DNA of 64,000 nucleotides from NCBI GenBank assembly GCA_051294375.1, contig JBJCIZ010000028.1:868437-932436 (forward strand), in the 5' to 3' direction. Source of the stretch: Paraspadella gotoi (Eukaryota > Animalia > Chaetognatha). This document shows, in pieces, positions 18,501 through 31,708 of the stretch; within the stretch, counting starts at the first letter, position 1; each line of letters begins with the position of its first letter. The notes below the pieces were generated by a model that made no database searches, was not told the DNA's origin, and saw only the letters and a list, made by a program, of their open reading frames with translations. The translations under genes and the position numbers were made by a program.

Positions 18501-21500
18501 ATTTTTTGGCATCAATAAATTTTGGCCTCTTGTGATTCATATGAGCTGTATCTTATTTATGTACGACAAAAAATACAAGAGTTCTATGCAAAAGAAAATG
18601 AGTTGTCCAAACCGTGACAATTTTTTTTCCATCATGGTAGGCTACATTTAGAAGTGTATTTAAACGGAAAATTTTCACCCCAATATCCACTCCACCCCAT
18701 CGCGATCTTCAGGCCGCATTGAGCTGACGACGGACTCGGCGATCCCCGTCCTCTTCCTCGCCGACAAGTACGCCGTGGAGGATCTCCGCGACGGCGTCGT
18801 CGACTTCATGGTGGCCAACATCGCCCAACAGTCCGACACCAACAGGACCATTTCTTGGTTTGTACCGTCTTCGGGCATTGTTTAGTGTTTACATAAGTTT
18901 ACCCAATCTATACGCTCGACATTGGATCGATCCGCAACAGCCTTAAACCGTCTTGAGGGCCTGGAAAACCCTCAAGTCTGGTTTCAAGTCCGGGACTCGT
19001 TATATGGCTGCTAGAAGTTGCGGGGAGCACTTGGCGCCTTTTCCAGACTACCCCCTTTTCTTGGAGATGGATCGATATGGTCTTTTAGGGGCGAGGGGGA
19101 AGCGTTTTCTTCTTTCCTTCATTCCAAAATAAAAATATTTCAAAAGTAATAATTCGCTTCCAAAGAAAGTTTTGGGTTGTAAGCTAGCATTGCGTCGCAA
19201 ATTGTCATTCACTCGGATTGAGGTAACAAGTTCGTACTAGAATTATGAGCTTTTAAGCTTCTAAAACAGTAATTTTTTCCGATTTGTTTTCAATTGTTTT
19301 AACGTTTTTTTCTGTTTATTTTGGTGTTAGCTAATGTTTTAAAAAATATTTGTATGGGTCTCGTTGCCGCCGCGGGTCGCCTTTCTTCATTTTCAGACTT
19401 GAGTTTCCCTTCACCTTCATTTCCCGTCGCGCGACTCGAGACTTTCTCCTCGACTTTCGCGTCGACTCCGAATGACAAAAGTTCGTTCTCGATTGTCGAA
19501 AGATAAGCATGAAGAACGTCGACGTCGAAATTGCAATATGTAAATTGAATTTAAATTCCGCCGCAGATGAATTTCATCGGAAGTTTTTTGTTATTTTGTA
19601 ATTTTGTTGTCCCATGTTGGGTCCGATGCTTCTCAGTTCTCACTCATCTATTTTATCAATTTAATCATTCCGGTTTATTTTAATATTACATTCCTAGTTT
19701 GTGTTTTCTGACATCGTTATTTTAGTTTTACCTTCTACGTCAGCTTATATTAAATAACAATTTAACGGCGAGAACGTCTTGGATGAATTTTAACTGATTG
19801 CGTTAATTTTACTTTTAAGTACTTTTACTATGTACTTTTAAGTAACTAGTTTAATTCTGATAAATTTTCATCAAATAGGTTACATTTAACATAGGAGCTA
19901 AAAATTGACCCTTTAACACTTATACTTCAGGCTTGTGATGTCGCGTCAAGCTTTTAAGCTTGTAAATTATTGATTGTTCAAAATGTCTGCAACATTATTA
20001 TTCGAATCCTTTTTTTTTTCTTGATCCCTTTTTCGTCCTTGTGTTTCTTCAAGGTCTTGTTTACCTTTTTTTTCAATTACTTTTTTTTATTCATTTTCTT
20101 CGCCATTAATTGTCTTGAAATAAATCTTAAAACCGAAATCGATTCGTTTTGAAAAGCGATAAAAGTGTCTCGCTTTATCTAAGTCTCAGAAGCGAAAACT
20201 GCGACATGCAAATTTGAAAATAGTTTATTTAACGAGGAAATTCATAATTCTCATATCGGTCCACCTCGCCGCGAAATGCCCCTTTTGATCGCGGTAGTCG
20301 ATAGATCCTTATCGTGGCGAGGTGGACCGATATAGAATTAATATTCCATAAAGGAATTAAAAAATTCCTCGAAGCTTCTTTTCTTCCTTTTTCTGTTACA
20401 CTTTTGAATCTTTAATGAGAAATACCTTTTGAGTTATGAGTTGAAATGTTACGGCTTCTATGATAATCTAACAATTTCCTAATCCCAGGTACCAGTACGC
20501 GAAAACCTGCGGACACTCCGAGCTCAAGAACCGGTGCTGCGAGTTCATCGTGTGGAACATGCGGGTGGTGATCAAGTCGCCCGATTGGATCAACGTCGAT
20601 CTGGAAAATCTCGTCGAGTTTCTCGACTACTCGGACATGGTCATCACGGACGAGTACACCCTCTTGAAGGTAAGTTGTGGGGAGCAGGGGTGGGGGAAGA
20701 AATGGATCAGGTAAGGATTTTTCACTATACGGTATTCACTGCTATAGCAGATACACACATACAGCAGATACACACACACATTTATCATCTCATTAAAATC
20801 GTCCAGGCACTCGAAATCTGGGTCCGCACCAACTCTGTCGACGAAGGCTACGACGACGACGCCCCGCCCTCCGCATCCGACGACCCCTCTCCCCCTTCCT
20901 CTTCCTCTTCCGCTTCTTCTCCCCGCCCCTCCTCTCCTCCTCGTCGCCCACCTTCCTCTTCCCCCGCTCCCCTCGCCGCGCCGCCTCCGCCTCGCCGCTG
21001 CCGTCGGCCCGCGCGCTGCTCGACCGCGTCCTGCCGCACGTGCGGTTTCCGATGATCAAACCGGAGCAGCTGGCGCTGTTGGAGGAGGACTCCTTCGTGA
21101 GGAAGTACGCCGCTTGTTTCGACGCCTTCATGGTCAACGCGTACAAGTACCACGCCGTGCCCAAGGAGCACAGGTTGGGTTTTTTGCGGAGTTTGATTTG
21201 TTTGATGGGTGATTTGAAGATCCTTTGGTCATCGATGATCAGCGATAATTTGTTGTGATTTTTATAAAGGCTAAAGCGATGCTATAAGAAGTAGAAGTAT
21301 TTATTACAAAGATCAATAAACAAATAAACGCTTGTATTTGTAATTAATTCTTATCTTTCCTCACTTTTCTCATCCATGTCCCCTTTTCCGCATTTTCTCC
21401 CCCTTGAAGACGCGGCGACGCCTTTCTATTCGGCAACAGCTGCACACAGTTCCGCAACTACACCAACCGCAACATCTCCATCCACATGCAGTTCGACAAC

Positions 21501-22359
21501 TACAGCCAGCGATCCCGCTCCAACTTCACCTGGCAATTCTCCACGCTCGCCTCCGCTTCCAACGCCGACGTCTTGAACAAGATCAAATGGGAGATCAACT
21601 TTCGGCCCAAAGGGTGAGGAACTGAGGAAGAGTGAAAAGGAATTGGAGTATTTGAAAAGGGGTTTGGACCGATTTGTGTGAATTTTAAATATGCGTTAGA
21701 CAATATGAATGTCTGGTAGGTAGGTATAACTTACTATTAGGTAGGTATAACTTATTATTATTGCCATAATTAATGTTCTGCCTTTTTTAAAGTTAATTAC
21801 CGAGTAGCTAAGGTTTCAAAAAAGTAAGGATATTAAAATGTATATTAATAGTTTTACAATTAATCCTATGTTTGGATTAGTTTGTATCTTGTTAGACTAA
21901 GAAAGTTAAATGTGTTTGTAGGCTTATTTCATAAAGGCGAACATTAAGAAGCGCGTGATTTTGCTTTAACTAAAAAAACAAACAAAAAAAAACTCTGCTG
22001 TCTTTTCCCACTCGCTCCCCCTCCTCCCCTTTCTCCCTCCCCCCCCCCATCCTTCCCATCCCTCCAGCTACTCCGACTACTACAACAACAACGAGTCCAC
22101 CCGCTTCACCCTCGAACTCCAAAACAAAGAAATCTCCATGGAGACGGACATCGCCATCTTCGTGTTGACGCGTCACCAGGAGACGAACTTCGTCAACCTC
22201 GTCACGCGCTCCACCTTCGTCTTCGGCGGGGACGCCAAGGTCTTCAAGATCGAGAACCTCCTCAGCCTGGGCGAGCTGCTCAAGAAGGAGTGTCCCATGA
22301 TCATCGACGACACTCTCAATCTCATCGTCTTCGTCAAGGCCAAGACTTTCGCGCAATGA
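15571..22359 (+). CDS. BTB-BACK domain protein, invertebrate BTBD17-like, with C-terminal beta-sandwich (MATH-like) region
   Basis: Exons 15571-16059, 16465-16699, 17157-17322, 18156-18316, 18713-18857, 20489-20668, 20807-21173, 21410-21613, 22068-22359. BTB: ADVTLIVGGQRFEAHRLILAAGSPVFRVM..FLRYFYTG..LFLADKYAV. BACK: SWYQYAKTCGH..CCEFIVWN..DEYTLLKALEIW..VLPHVRFPMI. One apparent indel in the low-complexity stretch ~20880-21010. Confidence 0.85.
16200..16350 (+). repeat. Dispersed repeat family B
   Basis: aaaatcca..aaccgtt..cagcgg.cattg ... cttaacccgcctgt...cagcctgatcc is shared with 25186-25370. Confidence 0.7.
17465..17593 (-). repeat. Repeat family A, copy 2
   Basis: ctcttcagcccacttagcgcctta is the reverse complement of the core at ~7436-7460. 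Confidence 0.8.
17607..17968 (-). mobile_element. 5'-truncated non-LTR retrotransposon (CRE-like, restriction-like endonuclease C-terminus) with poly(A) tail
   Basis: Minus ORF ..GFIPLVVTTFGAWDLDALSNLK..FERLSVCLQRENG.. resembles the FxPxxxETxGxW...QRLSxxLQRGN end of CRE-clade RLE proteins. It is followed by an ~70-nt 3'UTR and an A-run (T-run at 17607-17619 on +). Confidence 0.7.
18470..18637. mobile_element. MITE, Tc1/mariner-type (TA TSD)
   Basis: TA|ccatgatggaaaaaaatgtcgcggttttg ... caaaccgtgacaattttttttccatcatgg|TA. Confidence 0.85.
18945..19050 (-). repeat. Repeat family A, copy 3 (degenerate)
   Basis: taaaccgtcttg...ggaaaaccct.aag.ctg.ttcaa...agaagttgc...cactt.gcgcctt aligns with copy 2. 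Confidence 0.7.
20253..20333. mobile_element. Mini inverted-repeat element (MITE-like), ~22-bp arms, TA flanks
   Basis: atatcggtccacctcgccgcga ... tcgtggcgaggtggaccgatat. Confidence 0.8.
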
Positions 22360-22682
22360 AGCCCGCAATTACGATGACCATTGGTCAATGGTCATTGACC
22401 AAGTCTCAATTTACAATTTGACGATTGCAACGACGAAGTTCATTTGACGGTTCCAGTCCATGAAATGAACGAAATCAACAAATTTAGTGCTAACTCAACC
22501 TCGACCTCGACACGATCGTATGCAAATGAAATTGAAGATACTGAAGTCGTCATTGAATCCAGAGTCCATCTCTTATAATTCTCACGTCGATCATATCTCC
22601 CTGTTGAAAATCCTGGTCTCGCTCCACTCAACCGACTCTCAAGATTGTGGATGGGAGATGAAGGGAGTGTCGGGAGTGACTC

Positions 22683-22772
22683 GGGGGGGGGGGGGGTTAG
22701 GATAGTTTAGGGGTGGTTTAAGGTAAGGGTGTTTAGGGTTAATGGGTTTAGGGTTACAGTTAGCCTTAGGAT
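22683..22772 (+). repeat. G-run plus degenerate TTAGGG-like tract
   Basis: gggggggttaggatagtttaggggtggtttaaggtaagggtgtttagggttaatgggtttagggtta. Confidence 0.7.
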
Positions 22773-23145
22773 AATTAAATAATAATTTTTATTATTTTTT
22801 TTTTTTTAGTAAAACAATTTGACTAATTTTGTCTCTCTCTTTGTTTTTCTTCTTGTCGTGCCGCAGTCTTTCTTCCATTTATTTTCTTTTTTCGTAGGTA
22901 AGGGGGGGACGGGAAGAGGGGGGTAGAGGGGGGACGGGAAAATCAGGGTACAGATCTCGTCCCCAAATTTTTTTTACTTCATGTCGCTTTAAGTGCGTCC
23001 GTTTGAATTTCTAGCTTTATTATTATTATTATTTTTTTTAAATTGGCGCTTTTGAAATCACGTTATTTATTCGGAGAAAAAAAGGAAACTAATCCCACCG
23101 CTACATATTTAATAACCAGTGCCACAATTTTTCGAATTATTTTTT

Positions 23146-23155
23146 TTCTCTCTCT

Positions 23156-23216
<61 letters not shown>
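23146..23216. repeat. (CT)n microsatellite; similar tracts at ~39445-39500, 42273-42347 and 50293-50470
   Basis: Direct reading. Confidence 0.95.
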
Positions 23217-23884
23217 AGGTCGAGTGATGAGGCGAAAGGAGGGAAGAAACTTTCCCCGTCTCCTCCGAACTTCGTCGACGTCTCGATCGAGTTCGTTGGC
23301 GCGCCACGAAGCGACGCCGACGATAGAGTCAGAGTCATAGAAAGCGATAAACTCCCACCGCTAAAATAAACAAAACGAAAAAAAAACAAAACAAAAAGAA
23401 ACATCGAGAGAAATCTTTTCCCCTAAATACTTTTTATCTCGTTTTTCTCTTGATCTCGGAAAAAATTAAAGAGAAACGAATAAACAATCAATCGTCGCAC
23501 CCTTTACACCTCGTCCACCTACTATATTTATATCATTACTATATTATACAAACTATAGACAAAAAAAAAGTAGGTAACTACGTCCGGGAAATACTACATC
23601 TTAGAACGTTCTCTAAAAGGACCTCCATTTAGACGTAGGATCTTATCAGCTTTATCGTCAAGTAGTCTTCCCACTCTCTATTCTCTCTCTATCTCCGCTG
23701 ACTGCACCCCGATAACTTTTTTTCCAAGCAAAATAACAACAACAACCACGCACCCAAATCCTAACCAATCGGAAACGTCCTAGAAAATAAAGCTGAAAAT
23801 CAATATAAAGCCCACCGATTATAAGAGATTCGAAAAGGAGAAAAGAAAACAAAAACAAAAACAAAAACAAAAACAAAACCGGGG

Positions 23885-25641
23885 ATGGGATCGAAGGCGT
23901 CCATCCTCCTCCGCGACGAAGAGATCGAGGAGATTCGTCTGGAGACGGGATTCTCCGCCAATCAGATCCACCGCCTCTACAGCCGATTCACGGCCCTCGA
24001 CAAGACGGGCTCGGGCACGCTCAGTCGGGAAGGTCAGGCTTCGGCCCAGAAGTTCTACCCCAGAAGTTCTGGGGCCTTTTTCTTTTCCCCGCTAATGCGG
24101 GATATTTTTTCTCAGAATTGATAATTAGCAAAGCGTTATATCGTTTTGCCTTTTTATTTAAAGTTATTCGTCAATGTATTTTATGTCTGAATCTGCCTAC
24201 TAAGTCTGTCAACAACTTTTATGCAGTGATGAATTTTACCGAAACCACCCCCCCCAACAGATTTTATCCGGATCCCGGAGTTGGTGATCAACCCGTTGGG
24301 CGACAGGATCGTCCACGCGTTCTTCCGCGACTGCTCCAACGACCTCGGCGACGATCGCATTAATTTTAGACAGGTACGAATCTTTTTCTGTGATTTTTGT
24401 AAAAGGATTTAAATGTACGTAGTTTAACGGATTTCGATCGTCTTCTAATTCTACGTTCTTTTGTTCAAGATAAAGGTTTGGTTGAGAGAATAAATTTTTG
24501 AATACATTTTGGTTTAGTAGTAGTAATAATTTAGTTTTACTTTATTTGATTCACCTTAAATACAAACGTCTTTGAAGACTTTATAGATGATTTTAAAAGA
24601 ATTGTTATCGCTCTGAAATCAACCGCTGGGTATTTGACTGTGAGAGAGTCTTTGATAAAGCTCTGTCCAAAGTTGGGGGCAAGATAGCCTTGTTTATAAA
24701 TGAACTCTAATGGAATAATCTTCATATTGATTTGTACCAATTCATATTAATTATATATTTAACATCACATAAATTACTTCTTTATGCAAATAAGATTAAA
24801 GCGCCTTTCCTCCCTTTTTTAAACTCAGTTCGTCCGTACTCTGGCCCGGTTCCGCCCCATCTCTAATCGCGATCTCTCGAAGAACACCCAGCTGAACTCG
24901 CGCGAGGAGAAGCTCCGCTTCGCCTTCAAGATGTACGACATCAACGACGACGACAAGATTCACCACAACGAGATCCTCGACGTTCTCCACATGATGGTCG
25001 GCTCCAACATTAGCGAGGAGCAACTCATCGGGATCGCCAATCGCACCCTCGAGGAAGCTGATCGCGACAGGTGGGGCGTCGCGAAGCCAAAATTGGGGGG
25101 GGAGAGGCTGGAGTACTATGGGAATGAATATTGAATAAACAAGAATCTTGATTCTTTATTAAAAACTTGCAGGTATGGTGGACTAAAATCCACCAACCGT
25201 TCATCAGCGGCCATTGGTGCCGGAGGCAAGTCATTCGCCTCCCAACCCAAAGGTCCGGGGTTCTAGCCGGTGGTCGTCTGGCAGTTAAGAGGGACGGGGC
25301 GCTTAACCCGCCTGTAACATGGTGTTACAGCCTGATCCGAAGCTCAGGGACTGCTTATATTGAACGGTTCTGTCATTAACACTTATCAATAATTACTGTC
25401 TCTTCACAGGGTCCAGCTATGCTATTATCTTGTAAGTGTGATGGAGGCCTTAAACCATTGCCTGTCCAAAGTTAGGGGCAACATCGCTTATTATTAATGA
25501 ATGGATAATTTTATATTGGTCGTACCAATTTCATATGAGATATTACTTTTCCAGGGACAATTACATCACGTTTGATGAATTTTGCAAAGCATTGGAGAAC
25601 ACGGACGTCGAACAAACAATGAGCATCCGGTTCCTCATTGA
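23885..25641 (+). CDS. CHP1: Calcineurin B homologous protein 1 (myristoylated EF-hand protein)
   Basis: Exons 23885-24032, 24261-24373, 24829-25070, 25555-~25641. MGSKASILLRDEEIEEIR..GFSANQIHRLYSRF; IPELVINPLGDRIVHAFF; NSREEKLRFAFKMYD; DVEQTMSIRFL. The clean stop (FLN*) is seen only in the duplicate exon 29000-29087. Confidence 0.95.
25410..25512 (+). repeat. Dispersed repeat family C with aatgaatg-type tail
   Basis: gctatg.tattatcttg.aag..gaggcctta...ctgtccaaagtt.ggggcaa...aatgaatggataa; also at 24663-24725, and in reverse at 36605-36960. Confidence 0.7.
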
Positions 25642-28241
25642 TCAGTCCCCGCCTTCTGATTGGTTCAGCGTCGTCGACAAGGCGACCAATCAGAAACTCT
25701 AAATTTAAGGACGAATCGAAAGAAAAAACAAGAAAAAGTAGACGATTATTTAACATTTATTACTCATTTAATAATTTTTTTTTTAATTAATAATTAATAA
25801 TTTTTGCCATTATGGACTCAAAATCAAAAAAACAAAAATATAACAAGTCTTTCGATTTTTTTTTTTCGTCCGATTTAAATCGGCGCCATTTTGATTTTTT
25901 ATCGGCGCCATTTTCATTTCGATTTTTCGTTAAATTTCGTGATTCGATCGGCTGATCCTTCAAAAAGTGATAAATTCATCAAACTAACCCTGTAAAATAC
26001 CCCTTGGCCTTGGTTGCAGAATGAATTATAATTAAAAAAATAATAATTATACATAAATATAATAAAGTAGATTTTTTTGGTCTATAATGGAAAGGAGCTG
26101 GTATCTTTTTCATTCTCATTATTCACGTTGAATTTAAACTTTTACGAATAAAACTTAATATTAATTATGTTCAACGTTATAATTGCTCAGATTATTAACA
26201 AATTTTTGTGTTTTTTTTTTTAATGTTTGAACTTTATATCGAATTTTATCCTGGGATTGACGGGTTAAGATGATCGTTTTTTTCCGGCAGTAGATTGGAA
26301 ACGCGATCTTTATTTATATTTAAGTTATATTTATATTTACATAGATCGAGTCTTGCGAATCAAATTAACTAAGGCGATTAAGCGTCTCTACTTAATCGAG
26401 ATAATTGCGAGTATAGCTATTAAAAGGCGACCACCCGATAGTCAATCCTCTTTAATGTTTGGATCTTGACGATCCTCATTAACGATCGCGAATAATCAAC
26501 ATTTTCCCATTCAATGACGAAACTATGAAGAATTCTTCCCTCTTAATTGGAATGGCCTTCGAGTTCTATACCTGACTAACTATCCGTTACCAGAATGTCC
26601 TCTCAAACGTTGGGCTTTGTTATGTCAACGAGACAAATGTAGTCAAGGTTTCTGAACTGATTCTTCGAAGTTGGCGACTAAATAGGGCGGACCGAGTGAG
26701 GATGCTCGGACGAGGATGTCTTGGAAAGATGAAGGAATATTTCAAGGTGGGGTTTTTGTCAAGAATGTAGTGAAGTGTTTGTGAATGTTAGTGAATTGTT
26801 AGTGAAGGGTAAGGGTTATATCTAGTTGAAAATGTTGGTAGAGTGTTATGTGTCCATTTCCCCAATGCCTTGCTGTTTTTAAATACTCGTTGAAATGCAG
26901 CAATATTATGATTGCTCCCAAACTTCCAAGCGTGTGACTCTTGAAATTGTGATGATTGTAAAGATTGTCCCTCATCATCATCAGCGGGCGAGAAATAGGA
27001 AATTTAAATGAATCGTTCGAAATCATAAATCCCGAGTCGAGAGTTGAGAATCAAAATATATCCAAAACCCAGAGAGGAGTGTTTTGTATGTAAACGATAC
27101 CTCTTATTGATCTCATAATTGTAATTAGACAAAAATTTTTCCCCTTTTTTTAAACAATAGTCGTGATTTTAACGGAAGACGTTCGGAGTTGATGAAACTG
27201 ACCCTCGTTTGGCGGGCGTCGTGAAGGAAAGGGAGTCTTTTCGCTGACGAAAGATTTTGACATACGAATGATGTAGAAAATATTTTAAATAAATGTAATA
27301 TTTTTTACTCCTTGGACAAGATTTAGTGTTTCAAGAACTGAAGAGCGGTAGGCGCCCGTCAATTTATGAACGTCCCCGTACGAATCTAGTATGATACTGT
27401 GATCAAGTATTGATGCTGGGATTCACTTATTTGGTTCTTCCTCTCATCGACGCATGCGGTGGTTGTTTCCTCAATTTTTAAGTGTCGTCTTCTCAAAAAT
27501 ATTTTCGAGGCTTTAATTCAATCCTCGCGCGGTTTTTCGATCGTCTTTGTCAATGTGGTTATGGTTATAACTCTAAGCCCGTTGTAATCTTTATTTTGGC
27601 TTCCGGTAGTGGTTTTAATGATTAGCAAATTTTTTGTACTCTTAAAAGAGTATTCAGCATAATGGTTTTTATTTCGGCCTCGCTGATTTTAGCTTTGTTA
27701 GTCGGTCTTTCAGTTTATAAAAAAAACAAACCAAAAAAAATAAAAAGGGTCGTTTTTGTTAACTAACTCGCTTAAAACTAATCTCTTACGTGTTTTTATT
27801 CCGTGCCATAACTTTACTAGTCGAATTTCGTTTTGATAAAATCTAAAATGATTTCGCAAATAGAATAACCTCGATGTTAGAATCACTATAATCTTGTATA
27901 ACACCACTAATGCCTAAACCTCGATTTGGAATCAACCAGAAAAAATTAAAAATATGAGCTAACTTGTAAGTCTCTTTTTACCCCCGTAGTGTTTCCAAGT
28001 CTTCTCCTAAACGACTTCAGATTTCATTTTTTTGGTTAATGGAAAAAAAAAAAAAAAAAAATTATATCTCCGTACGCTATTATTGTTACGTTTTCTTTCA
28101 TCACGATACCTATACCCGTCAAGTAAAAATAAAGCGCTCTCGTTTCCAGATCCAATAAACATTTATTAAAAAAAAAAACAATATAACGATTCGAAGATAA
28201 TGTGGTTTTTCCAGCCNNNNNNNNNNNNNNNNNNNNNNNNN

Positions 28242-31200
28242 TTTGAATACATTTTGGTTTAGTAGTAGTAATAATTTAGTTTTACTTTATTTGATTCACC
28301 TTAAATACAAACGTCTTTGAAGACTTTATAGATGATTTTTAAAAGAATTGTTATCGCTCTGAAATCAACCGCTGGGTATTTGACTGTGAGAGAGTCTTGA
28401 TTGAAAGCCTGTCCAAAGTTGGGGGCAAGATAGCTTGTTTATTAAATGAATGGATAATCTTCATATTGANNNNNNNNNNTAGTAATAATTTAGTTGTACT
28501 TTATTTGATTTACCTTAAATACAAACCTCTTTGAAGATTTATAGATGATTTTAAAAGAATTGTTATCGCTCTGAAATCAACCGCGTGGTATTTGACGATT
28601 GACAACTTAAAATCAGTTTCTCTATGAGTTATTGATATGTTGGGTATTGATAGTATAATATACAATACAATATAGTATTCCCCAATCTAATACTTAAGGG
28701 AGTGGTCTTTTCATACAATTGAAACATTCTTTGAAACATTAAACCACTTCATTGATATGGAAGCCATTCTGGGAGTGAATAAACGTGACTGTGAGAGAGT
28801 CTTGATAAAAAGCCTGTCCAAAGTCGGGGGCAAGATAGCTTGTTTATTAAATGAATGAATAATCTTCATATTGANNNNNNNNNNATGGAGGCCTTAAACC
28901 ATTGCCTGTCCAAAGTTAGGGGCAACATCGCTTATTTATTAATGAATGGATAATTTTATATTGGTCGTACCAATTTCATATGAGATATTACTTTTCCAGG
29001 GACAATTACATCACGTTTGATGAATTTTGCAAAGCATTGGAGAACACGGACGTCGAACAAACAATGAGCATCCGGTTCCTCAATTGATCAGTCCCCGCCT
29101 TCTGATTGGTTCAGCGTCGTCGACAAGGCGACCAATCAGAAACTCTAAATTTAAGGACGAATCGAAAGAAAAAAACAAGAAAAAGTAGACGATTATTTAA
29201 CATTTATTACTCATTTAATAATTTTTTTTTTAATTTTTAATAACCCTTTTTGCCATTATGGACTCAAAATCAAAAAAAACAAAAATATAACAAGTCTTCG
29301 ATTTTTTTTTTTCGTCCGATTTAAATCGGCGCCATTTTGATTTTTTATCGGCGCCATTTTCATTTCGATTTTCGTTAAATTTCGTGATTCGATCGGCTGA
29401 TCCTTCAAAAAGTGATAAATTCATCAAACTAACCCTGTAAAAATACCCCTTGGCCTTGGTTGCAGAATGAATTATAATAAAAAAATTAATAATTATACAT
29501 AAATATAATAAAGTAGATTTTTTGGTCTATAATGGAAAGGAGCTGGTATCTTTTTCATTCTCAATTTATTCACGTTGAATTTAAACTTTTACGAATAAAA
29601 CTTAATATTAATTATGTTCAACGTTATAATTGCTCAGATTATTAACAAATTTTTGTGTTTTTTTTTTTAATGTTTGAACTTTATATCGAATTTTATCCTG
29701 GATTGACGGGTTAAGATGATCGTTTTTTTCCGGCAGTAGATTGGAAACGCGATCTTTATTTATATTTAAGTTATATTTATATTTACATAGATCGAGTCTT
29801 GCGAAATCAAATTAACTAAGGCGATTAAGCGTCTCTACTTAATCGAGATAATTGCGAGTATAGCTATTAAAAGGCGACCACCCGATAGTCAATCCTCTTT
29901 AATGTTTGGATCTTGACGATCCTCATTAACGATCGCGAATAATCAACATTTTCCCATTCAATGACGAAACTATGAAGAATTCTTCCCTCTAATTGGAATG
30001 GCCTTCGAGTTCTATACCTGACTAACTATCCGTTCCAGAATGTCCTCTCAAACGTTGGGCTTTGTTATGTCAACGAGACAAATGTAGTCAAGGTTTCTGA
30101 ACTGATTCTTCGAAGTTGGCGACTAAATAGGGCGGACCGAGTGAGGATGCTCGGACGAGGATGTCTTGGAAAGATGAAGGGAATATTTCAAGGTGGGGTT
30201 TTTGTCAAGAATGTTAGTGAAGTGTTTGTGAATGTTAGTGAATTGTTAGTGAAGGGTAAGGGTTATATCTAGTTGAAAATGTTGGTAGAGTGTTATGTTG
30301 TCCATTTCCCCAATGCCTTGCTGTTTTTAAATACTCGTTGAAATGCAGCAATATTATGATTTGCTCCCAAACTTTCCAAGCGTGTGACTCTTGAAATTGT
30401 GATGATTGTAAAGATTGTCCCTCATCATCATCAGCGGGCGAGAAATAGGAAATTTAAATGAATCTTCGAAATCATAAATCCCGAGTCGAGAGTTGAGAAT
30501 CAAAATATATCCAAAACCCAGAGAGAGAGTGTTTTGTATGTAAACGATACCTCTTATTGATCTCATAATTGTAATTAGACAAAAATTTTTCCCAATTTTT
30601 TTAAACAATAGTCGTGATTTTTAACGGAAGACGTTCGGAGTTGATGAAAACTGACCCTCGTTTGGCGGGCGTCGTGAAGGAAAGGGAGTCTTTTCGCTGA
30701 CGAAAAGATTTTGACATACGAATGATGTAGAAAATATTTTAAATAAATGTAATATTTTTTACTCCTTGGACAAGATTTAGTGTTTCAAGAACTGAAGAGC
30801 GGTAGGCGCCCGTCAATTTTATGAACGTCCCCGTACGAATCTAGTATGATACTGTGATCAAGTATTGATGCTGGGATTCACTTATTTGGTTCTTCCTCTC
30901 ATCGACGCATGCGGTGGTTGTTTCCTCAATTTTTAAGTGTCGTCTTCTCAAAAATATTTTCGAGGCTTTAATTCAATCCTCGCGCGGTTTTTCGATCGTC
31001 TTTGTCAATGTGGTTATGGTTATAACTCATAAGCCCGTTGTAATCTTTATTTTGGCTTCCGGTAGTGGTTTTAATGATTAGCAAATTTTTTGTACTCTTA
31101 AAAAGAGTATTCAGCATAATGGTTTTTATTTCGGCCTCGCTGATTTTAGCTTTGTTAGTCGGGTCTTTCAGTTTATAAAAAAAAACAAACCAAAAAAAAA

Positions 31201-31640
31201 TAAAAAAGGGTCGTTTTGTTAACTAACTCGCTTAAAACTAATCTCTTACGTGTTTTTATTCCGTGCCATAACTTTACTAGTCGAATTTCGTTTTGATAAA
31301 AATCTAAAATGATTTCGCAAATAGAATAACCTCGATGTTAGAATCACTATAATCTTGTATAACACCACTAATGCCTAAACCTCGATTTGGAATCAACCAG
31401 AAAAAAATAAAATATGAGCTAACTTGTAAGTCTCTTTTTACCCCCGTAGTGTTTCCAAGTCTTCTCCTAAACGACTTCAGATTTCATTTTTTTGGTTAAT
31501 GGAAAAAAAACAAACAAAAAAACAAAAATTATATCTCCGTACGCTATTATTGTTACGTTTTCTTTCATCACGAATACCTATACCCCGTCAAGTAAAAATA
31601 AAGCGCTCTCGTTTCCAGATCCAATAAACATTTATTAAAA
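28242..31640 (+). repeat. Gap-bounded near-identical duplicates of CHP1 intron/last exon/3' region (probably uncollapsed haplotype or reads)
   Basis: 28885-31640 copies 25441-28170; 28242-28469 and 28480-28873 copy ~24495-24730. Differences are mostly 1-bp indels, and each piece abuts an N-run. Confidence 0.85.
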
Positions 31641-31708
31641 AAAAAAAAAAAAAAAACTATGATATTATTCGTCCTTCAAAAAAAGACGAATCCTCGCAGA
31701 CGACGACG

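Noticed and set aside
20880-21010. Frameshift in the BTBD17-like exon (pseudogene or programmed frameshift?)
   Set aside because: It falls in a C/T low-complexity tract of an indel-prone assembly, and the flanking domains are intact.
25441-31640. Apparent tandem duplication of the CHP1 last exon and 3' region giving two different C-termini
   Set aside because: The copies are gap-bounded and differ mainly by 1-bp indels. Only the second gives the conserved MSIRFLN* end, so uncollapsed haplotype or read error is more likely than true paralogous exons.
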